From an uncultured Gemmatimonadales bacterium (GTDB taxonomy: Bacteria; Gemmatimonadota; Gemmatimonadetes; Longimicrobiales; RSA9): 64,000 bases of DNA. A model generated the notes under the pieces. The model worked only from the letters and a program-made list of their open reading frames with translations. It was not told the origin of the DNA and did not search any database. This document shows, piece after piece, positions 57,205 to 64,000 of this stretch. The DNA is taken from assembly GCA_963798845.1 (NCBI GenBank), contig CAWCUS010000003.1:133151-197150 (forward strand), read 5' to 3'. The translations under genes were made by a program, and so were the position numbers. Each line of letters opens with the position of its first letter. Position 1 is the first letter of the stretch.

Positions 57205-60200
57205 ATGCTGAAGCGAATCATCGAGTGGTCCGTCGCGAACAAGTTCATCCTGGCCATCTTCACCGTGTTCGTGGTGGTGGGCGGTATCCTGGCCGTGCGC
57301 AGCATGCCGCTGGAGGCGCTGCCGGACCTGAGCGACGTGCAGGTGATCGTGCGGACGGATTACGCCGGCCAGGCGCCGCAGATCATCGAGGACCAGATCA
57401 CCTATCCGGTCGCGTCGGAGATGCTGAAGGTGCCCGGGGCCGAGACGGTGCGCGGGTACTCCTTCTTCGGCACGTCGTTCGTGTACGTGATCTTCAACGA
57501 CAGGACCGACCTCTACTGGGCGCGCAGCCGCGTGCTCGAGTACCTGTCCGCCATCCGGGGCAAGCTGCCGCCGGGCGCCGAGTCGCAGCTTGGCCCGGAC
57601 GCCACCGGCCTCGGCTGGGTCTACCAGTACGCGCTGGAGGACGAGACCGGGAAGCGGTCGCTGGCGGACCTCCGCGCCTACCAGGACTGGTACCTCCGCT
57701 ATCAGCTCACCGCCGTGCCGGGGGTGAGCGAGGTGGCGAGCATCGGCGGCTTCGAGAAGACGTACCAGATCACCGTAGACCCGGTGAAGCTGCGGGGCTA
57801 CGGCATCCCCGTGACGAAGGTCATGAGCGCCGTGAAGGCGTCCAACCAGGACGTGGGCGCCATGATGATGGAGCTGAGCGAGCGGGAGTTCCTGATCCGC
57901 GGGCTCGGCTACCTCAAGGGGATCGACGACATCGAGAACGTCGTGGTAGGGGCCAGCGACGCGGGCACGCCGATCCGGGTGGCCGACATCGGCACCGTGG
58001 GGCTGGCGCCGGACGTGCGCCGCGGCGTGGCCGACCTGGACGGGCGCGGCGACGTGGTGGGCGGGATCGTCGTCATGCGGTACGGCGAGAACGCGCTGGC
58101 GACGATCGAGCGGGTGAAGGCGAAGGTCAACGACATCGAGGCCGGGCTGCCGGACGGCCTCACGATCACGCCCGTGTACGACCGGTCCGGGCTCATCCTG
58201 GACGCGATCGGCACGCTCAAGGAGAAGCTGCTGGAGGAGTCGCTCATCGTGGCGCTCGTCTCCATTCTCTTCCTCTTCCACGCCCGCAGCGCGCTGGTGG
58301 CGATCATCACGCTCCCGGTGGGCATCCTGATGGCGTTCATCGCCATGCACGTGCTGGGAATCGGCGCAGACATCATGAGCCTGGGCGGGATCGCAATCGC
58401 CATCGGTGCCATGATCGACGCCGCCATCGTCATGATCGAGAACATGCACAAGCACCTCGAGCGGGCGGTGGAGGAGAAGCGGGCGAGGGCGGCCGCCGCG
58501 GGCACCCCGCTTCCGGGCGGCGATACGCTCCACACCGGGATCCTCACCGGGAACGAGCGATGGCAGGTGGTGGTGGAGTCGGCGAAGGAGGTCGGGCCGG
58601 CCCTCTTCTTCAGCCTGCTCATCATCACGGTGAGCTTCCTGCCCGTGTTCACGCTCCAGGCGCAGGAAGGGAGAATGTTCAAGCCGCTGGCGTGGACCAA
58701 GACCCTGTCCATGGCCGCCGCCAGCCTGCTGTCCGTCACGCTTGTGCCCGTGGCCATGGGGCTGTTCGTCCGGGGACGCATCCACAAGGAGGAGAAGAAC
58801 CCGATCTCCCGCGTCCTCGGCCGCCTCTACCGCCCGGCCCTGGAATGGGTGCTGGCGCGCAGGTGGCCAGTGATCGCGGGGGTCGTGGCGATCCTCATGC
58901 TGACGCTCATCCCCTACAGCCGGATCGGCAGCGAATTCATGCCGCCGCTGAACGAGGGAACGATCCTGTACATGCCCACCACGCTTCCCGGCGTGAGCGT
59001 GGCCACCGCGCGGCAGACGCTCATCAAGCAGGACAGCATCATCAAGTCGTTCCCGGAAGTGGCCAGCGTGTTCGGGAAGGCCGGGCGCGCCACCACGGCC
59101 ACGGATCCGGCGCCGCTGGCCATGTTCGAGACCACCATCGTGCTCGAGCCGGAGCGCAAGTGGCGGAAGGGGATGACGTACGAGAAGCTGGTGCGCGAGA
59201 TGGACCGGGCGCTCGACTTCCCCGGGATCACCAACTCCTGGACGATGCCCATCAAGGGGCGCATCGACATGCTCGCCACGGGGATCAGGACGCCGGTGGG
59301 CGTGAAGGTCTTCGGCCCCGACCTGAACGAGCTGGCCCGGATCGGCAAGGAGATCGAACAGGCAGCCAGGATGGTCCCGGGCACGCGCTCCGCCTTCGCC
59401 GAACGCGCGGTCAGCGGCTACTACCTGGACGTGGATATCGACCGCGCCAAGGCCGCACGGTACGGCCTCAACGTCCAGGATGTCCAGATGGTCCTGGCCG
59501 CCGCGGTCGGTGGGATGAACATCACCCAGACCGTGGAGGGGCGCGAGCGCTACGGTGTGCGGCTCCGCTACCCCCAGGAGCTCCGCGACCAGCCCGAGAA
59601 GCTCGCCGACATCCTGATCCCCGTGGGCGCCCGCCGCGGCTCGGGCGGCGGCAGCGGCACGACCGGCGGCGCGGCGATCGCCGGAATGGACATGGGGGGT
59701 GGCGACGGGGGCGGCGGATCGGGCGGGGCGCGGTTGGCTGGCGGCGCCGTGGCGATGGCGGGGCCCGGCGTCGCCCAGGTCCCGCTGGGGGAGGTGGCCA
59801 CGATCCGGCGCACCAGCGGCCCGATGGTGATCAAGACCGAAGGCGCATTCCCCACGGCGTGGGTCTTCCTGGACGTCGCGGACCGCGACATCGGCAGCTA
59901 CGTGCGCGACGTGCAGGCGATGGTCAAGGACATGGTCGAGCTGCCGGACGGCTACACGCTCCAGTGGTCCGGGCAGTACGAGTACATGCAGCGCGCCGAG
60001 CAGAAGCTCCAGCTCGTCGTACCCGCCACGCTGCTCATCATCTTCCTGCTCCTGTACTTCAACTTCGGCAGCGTGGGCGAGACGCTCATCGTCATGCTCT
60101 CGCTCCCGTTCGCCCTCGTGGGCGGCGTGCTGCTCATGTGGCTGGCCGGCTACAACTGGTCCGTGGCATCCATCATCGGGTTCATCGCCCTCGCCGGCGT

Positions 60201-60597
60201 GGCCTCCGAGATCGGTGTGGTCATGCTGGTCTACCTCGACCAGGCGTACGAGAAGCGCCGGGCCAGCGGGCGGCTGCGCGGCCGGCTCGAGCTTTTCGAG
60301 GCCGTGCGCGAGGGCGCCGGGCAGCGCCTCCGGCCCGTGGTCATGACCGCCACTGCCGTCATCGGCGGGCTCCTCCCGATCCTGTGGGGAAACGGCACCG
60401 GCGCGAGCGTCATGAAGCGCATCGCCGCCCCCATGGTGGGCGGAATGGTCAGCGCCACGCTCCTCACCATGCTGGTCCTCCCCGTGATCTACTCGCTCTG
60501 GCGCGAGTGGGGAATGAGGCGGGCGCCACAGCAAGAGCCGGTGGCCGTTCCGGCCGCCATGGACCAGGACGTGCCGGTCATCGCGGCAGGAAGCTGA
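57205..60597 (+). CDS. cusA: Cu(I)/Ag(I) RND efflux pump
   Basis: ALPDLSDVQVI, LYWARSRVLEYL, GPDATGLGW, LYMPTT, DPAPLAM.ET, RIDMLATG. Confidence 0.95.
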   Translation: MLKRIIEWSVANKFILAIFTVFVVVGGILAVRSMPLEALPDLSDVQVIVRTDYAGQAPQIIEDQITYPVASEMLKVPGAETVRGYSFFGTSFVYVIFNDRTDLYWARSRVLEYLSAIRGKLPPGAESQLGPDATGLGWVYQYALEDETGKRSLADLRAYQDWYLRYQLTAVPGVSEVASIGGFEKTYQITVDPVKLRGYGIPVTKVMSAVKASNQDVGAMMMELSEREFLIRGLGYLKGIDDIENVVVGASDAGTPIRVADIGTVGLAPDVRRGVADLDGRGDVVGGIVVMRYGENALATIERVKAKVNDIEAGLPDGLTITPVYDRSGLILDAIGTLKEKLLEESLIVALVSILFLFHARSALVAIITLPVGILMAFIAMHVLGIGADIMSLGGIAIAIGAMIDAAIVMIENMHKHLERAVEEKRARAAAAGTPLPGGDTLHTGILTGNERWQVVVESAKEVGPALFFSLLIITVSFLPVFTLQAQEGRMFKPLAWTKTLSMAAASLLSVTLVPVAMGLFVRGRIHKEEKNPISRVLGRLYRPALEWVLARRWPVIAGVVAILMLTLIPYSRIGSEFMPPLNEGTILYMPTTLPGVSVATARQTLIKQDSIIKSFPEVASVFGKAGRATTATDPAPLAMFETTIVLEPERKWRKGMTYEKLVREMDRALDFPGITNSWTMPIKGRIDMLATGIRTPVGVKVFGPDLNELARIGKEIEQAARMVPGTRSAFAERAVSGYYLDVDIDRAKAARYGLNVQDVQMVLAAAVGGMNITQTVEGRERYGVRLRYPQELRDQPEKLADILIPVGARRGSGGGSGTTGGAAIAGMDMGGGDGGGGSGGARLAGGAVAMAGPGVAQVPLGEVATIRRTSGPMVIKTEGAFPTAWVFLDVADRDIGSYVRDVQAMVKDMVELPDGYTLQWSGQYEYMQRAEQKLQLVVPATLLIIFLLLYFNFGSVGETLIVMLSLPFALVGGVLLMWLAGYNWSVASIIGFIALAGVASEIGVVMLVYLDQAYEKRRASGRLRGRLELFEAVREGAGQRLRPVVMTATAVIGGLLPILWGNGTGASVMKRIAAPMVGGMVSATLLTMLVLPVIYSLWREWGMRRAPQQEPVAVPAAMDQDVPVIAAGS

Positions 60598-60750
60598 CCC
60601 CAGTCCGGTGCCACGACCGGGTTGCAGCCGATGCCGTCAAGCCCGACGTCGCCGGCCCTCAATCGTGCGCGGAACGCGTTGTGCGCTCACCGGCTTCCCG
60701 CGCGAATTCTGGCTCCCGCGTGGAGCCATCTTCCTGGATTGGAGGTTCTC

Positions 60751-61431
60751 ATGACGAGATTCTTCGTTCTCGTTACCGGTCTCGCGCTGCCGCTCGCCCT
60801 CTCGGCGTGCGCCGCCGGCGCGGCGAACTTCGAGCCCGCGCCCGGCGCTCAGCCTGCGCCCGCCATGGACGGCGCGGTCGCCACGGATGCGGGCGTGCGC
60901 GTGGTGGCCGAAGGGGATGCATGGACCAGCCGTCCGGCGAACCTGGCGAACGAGGTCACACCGTTCCTGGTGCACGTGACCAACAACGGCACGCAGCCGC
61001 TGTTGCTCCGCTACCGATCCTTCCGGCTGGTGACCCCGAGCGGTGCCACGTACTTCGCCCTGCCACCGTTCCAGATCGGTGGCTCGGTCGCACGGACCGT
61101 CACGCCCGCGTATGCCTATTCCGGGTTCACCGTCGCCCCGTACCTGTCGCGCTACTATCCCGCCGTCGAAGTGGCCAACCCGTTCATGGCCGACGAGCCG
61201 TACTACAACACCTACTGGCCCCTAATCCAGCGCATCAGCCTGCCCACCGGCGACATGGTGCAGGAAGCCCTGCCCGAAGGCGTTCTGGCGCCCGGGGGAA
61301 CCGTGAGCGGGTTCCTCTACTTTCAGAAGGTCGACCCGAAGGCGGCGCGCGTCCGCGTCCTTCTGGATCTCCTGAACGCCAGCACGCACGACGAGTTCGG
61401 GCAGGTGGCGATCCCCTTCGTGGTCCATTAG
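60751..61431 (+). CDS. Hypothetical lipoprotein
   Basis: GGAGG RBS, lipobox LSAC, ALPEG.L.PG..VSGFLYF. Confidence 0.75.
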   Translation: MTRFFVLVTGLALPLALSACAAGAANFEPAPGAQPAPAMDGAVATDAGVRVVAEGDAWTSRPANLANEVTPFLVHVTNNGTQPLLLRYRSFRLVTPSGATYFALPPFQIGGSVARTVTPAYAYSGFTVAPYLSRYYPAVEVANPFMADEPYYNTYWPLIQRISLPTGDMVQEALPEGVLAPGGTVSGFLYFQKVDPKAARVRVLLDLLNASTHDEFGQVAIPFVVH

Positions 61432-61586
61432 AACGCACGGGCGAAGCGATCACGGCCCGCCCGCCGCCGGGGAGCACCCCGCCGCGGCGACGGCGGGCTC
61501 TCCGTTCCGCCCTGTCTTCGGCTCCGGCCCGAGACGGAGCACGGCGGCGGCGCTGGCAAGGCCTCCGCTCCCCCGGACGCTCCGGC

Positions 61587-61991
61587 TCAGTGCATCGCGT
61601 GGCTGAATACGGCCACGCTGGAGAGCCGGATCTCGCGCTCCACGTCCAGCTCGACGAAGCCGTTGTCTCCCACACGCACAGGGTCGATCGTGTAGCCCGG
61701 CCCGGGACCGAGCGGCCGCAGCATCAGCTGCAGCTTTCCCGTCGTCCCGAGCATCCCCGGCCTCAGCGCGAATTGCTGCGTCCCCAGCGCTTCCACACGA
61801 CCCAGGCGGATCGGCGAGCTGCCCCGCAGTACGTAGACCCGCACCGGCTGCCATCCCCGGTTGTGTACCTGGATCACCTGCTGATCCGGACCCGGCACGC
61901 CCGCCTGGTCCGCTCCCCCCATCGCTGTTCCGCACGCCGCCGCCATCGCCAGCGCCGCGAGCGGCATCATGCGCTGGATCATCGTTCTCAT
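61587..61991 (-). CDS. Hypothetical small lipoprotein
   Basis: GGAGG RBS, AAAC lipobox, beta-rich V.N....V.VYV.....RLG.V. Confidence 0.65.
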   Translation of the reverse strand: MRTMIQRMMPLAALAMAAACGTAMGGADQAGVPGPDQQVIQVHNRGWQPVRVYVLRGSSPIRLGRVEALGTQQFALRPGMLGTTGKLQLMLRPLGPGPGYTIDPVRVGDNGFVELDVEREIRLSSVAVFSHAMH

Positions 61992-62252
61992 GTGCACCCT
62001 CCGAAACGCTGAAAGAGGCGCCGTGTTCGGGCGCCTCTCTGAGTCCTGATCGCTGGATTCCAGCTCGTCACGCAACGCGGTCGGAGTGCACGTCCTGTTC
62101 CAACGTTTGTTGAACTCAATTTTCCACTGCGCCACCGGTTGGGGCGGGCACAGTCCGCTTCTTGCGTATCGCCGCTGCTGCCGATGAAGCCGCATGGCCA
62201 CGGCGCGTTCAGGGCGCAGCGTCGCCCGTCTCACAACCTTCCGGAGGTGCTC

Positions 62253-64000
62253 ATGGCCGCCAAGCTCCCGATCCTGTCCGATGTCCTCCGCCGCTGGCCC
62301 GCGGTGCGGCAGCTCGCCGGCGCCGGAATGGGCGACGCGGCGATCTCGGAGCGGACGCGGAAGCTGCGCTCGCGGCTTTCGGCGGAGGGCGTGGAGACGG
62401 TGGCGAGCGTGTGTCCGTACTGCGCCGTGGGCTGCGGGACGCTGATCCACAAGCGGGGCGAGCAGATCCTGGACATCGAGGGGGACCCGGAGAGCCCGAT
62501 CAACGAGGGGACGCTGTGCCCGAAGGGCGCCGACATCTTCCAGTACTCGGTGAACCCGCAGCGGCTGACGCAGGCGCTCTACCGCAGGCCGTACGGAACG
62601 GAATGGGAGGAAGTGGAGCTGGACTGGGCGATGGACCGAATAGCGGAGCGGTTCATGGAGACGCGGGACCGCACCTTCCGCATGGAGGACGACGACGGCA
62701 ACCCGGTGCGGAGCACGGAGGCGGTCGGGTTCCTGGGCGGCGCGGCGCTGGACAACGAGGAGAACTACCTGATCAAGAAGTTCTGCATCGGGACAGGCGT
62801 CACATTCGTGGAGAACCAGGCGCGGATATGACATAGCGCAACGGTCCCCGGTCTGGGGACGCCGATGGGGAGGGGGGGAGCGACGACGTTCCTGATGGAC
62901 CTCCAGAACGCGGACTGCGTGATGATCATGGGCTCGAACTTCGCCGAGTGCCATCCCGTGGGATACCGTTTCGTCATGCGGGCCCGGGAGCGGGGCGGCG
63001 AGGTGATCCACGTGGATCCGCGCTTCACACGTACGTCGGCCACAGCCACGCAGTACGCGCAGATCCGCGCCGGGACGGACATCGCGTTCCTGGGCGGGCT
63101 GATCAACCACGTGGTGAACAGCGAGCGCTGGAACACCGACCCGTTCTTCCGGGAGTACGTGGTCCACTACACGAACGCGGCCGCGCTCGTGAGCGAGGAT
63201 TTCGAGGACGTGCAGGAGCTGGGCGGCGTGTTCTCCGGGTGGAGCGACGAGGAGGGGAAGTACGACTTCGACTCCTGGCAGTACGAGGGGGTGGAGCGCG
63301 ATGTCAGCGAGGAGCACGCGCATGAGCTGGAGGACATCGCGTCCATAAAGTCGGGCCAGGCGCTGGGACCACGCACGGGTCGCACCCAGGGTGGGCCGCC
63401 GCCGGAGGACAGCACGCTCCAGCACCCGCGTTGCGTGTTCCAGGTACTGAAGCGCCATTTCGCCGGCTACACGCCCGAGAAGGTCGAGGAGATCACCGGC
63501 GTGCCCCGGGATCGCTTTCTCAGGATCGCGGAAACACTGCTGGAGAACTCGGGCCGGGAGCGCACGTCCGCCATCGCGTACGCCGTGGGCTGGACGCACC
63601 ACACGGTAGGGCCGCAGATCATCTCCTGCGCGGCGATCCTCCAGCTCCTGCTGGGCAACATCGGACGCCCGGGGGGCGGCATCCAGGCGCTGCGTGGCCA
63701 CGCCACCATCCAGGGCTCCACGGACATCCCGACGCTGTACGACCTGCTGCCGGGATACCTGCACATGCCATCCAACCACCCGATCCACGAGGACCTGTCG
63801 GACTACCTCTGGAACGAGGGGGCAGGAGAAGGGCTGTGGTCGGACACGCCGTCGTACATGGTCTCGCTCCTGAAGGCGTGGTTCGGAGAGCGAGCGCAGA
63901 AGGAGAACGACTGGGGCTACCGCTGGCTCCCCCGCATCACGGGCGACCTCTCCCACCTCCCGATGTTCATGCGCATGCACGACGGCGAAGTGGAAGGGTT
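62253..64000 (+). CDS. Selenocysteine formate dehydrogenase alpha subunit (FdnG/FdoG-like), 3'-partial
   Basis: CPYCAVGC...LCPKG; NQARI-TGA(62829-62831)-HSATVPGLG; frame continues GSNFAECHPVG, VDPRF, ALRGHATIQG. Confidence 0.93.
62842..62864 (+). promoter_or_regulatory. Bacterial SECIS element
   Basis: GTCCCC-GGTCT-GGGGAC hairpin starting 13 nt after the in-frame UGA. Confidence 0.85.

Noticed and set aside
43235..60597. Copper island as a defined mobile element
   Set aside because: No integrase, transposase, att site or terminal repeats are visible.
56518..62012. Very long ORFs 57225..62012 (+, 1595 aa) and 56518..60534 (-, 1338 aa)
   Set aside because: Arg/Pro/Gly-rich alternate-frame or antisense shadows of cusBA, expected at high GC; no recognisable motifs.
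62090..62130. AT-rich imperfect palindrome upstream of FDH
   Set aside because: Single weak occurrence; no regulator can be assigned.
62829..62831. Premature stop making FDH a pseudogene
   Set aside because: UGA sits at the conserved Sec position, has a SECIS, and the downstream frame is intact.
61992..63980. 797-aa minus-strand ORF
   Set aside because: Antisense shadow of the FDH gene; only the last 134 codons look like a real lipoprotein.

Overview
High-GC bacterial window (taxonomy not provable here; the small lipoproteins look Gemmatimonadota-like) with four blocks. (1) 1-16.2 kb: reductive-type dissimilatory sulfate/sulfite reduction operon qmoB(partial)-qmoC-sat-osmC-dsrC-dsrT-dsrMKJOP-dsrABD-dsrL-dsrN; dsrD is present and dsrEFH is absent from the window. 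(2) 16.2-32.6 kb: a co-oriented, tightly spaced extension with three cytidylate-kinase-like P-loop proteins, two TSUP transporters, a DUF1634-like membrane protein, siroheme biosynthesis fusions, a DASS/SLC13 transporter and a signalling cascade. The cascade has two kinases (one with a CxxCH motif in its periplasmic sensor), a degenerate kinase and five receiver domains with no DNA-binding output. This is the best candidate for an undescribed system. (3) 32.7-43 kb: pstSCA plus porin, DVU0298-like HEAT protein, M1 aminopeptidase, MBL hydrolase, VOC dioxygenase and tatC. (4) 43.2-60.6 kb: copper/silver island (CopB-type ATPase, CusRS, CusCBA, four monoheme cytochromes c, PCYCGC-type, DUF4396 and Met-rich proteins, vapBC) in which three promoters share a TGAAG-N4-CTTCA palindrome plus 11-bp-phased CTTCA repeats. 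The window ends in a selenocysteine formate dehydrogenase alpha subunit with a SECIS hairpin. Two genes carry the same ATC->ATTC +1 frameshift, most likely an assembly error. No CRISPR array, rRNA, tRNA or transposase was recognised. All family assignments come from motif recognition, not database searches.
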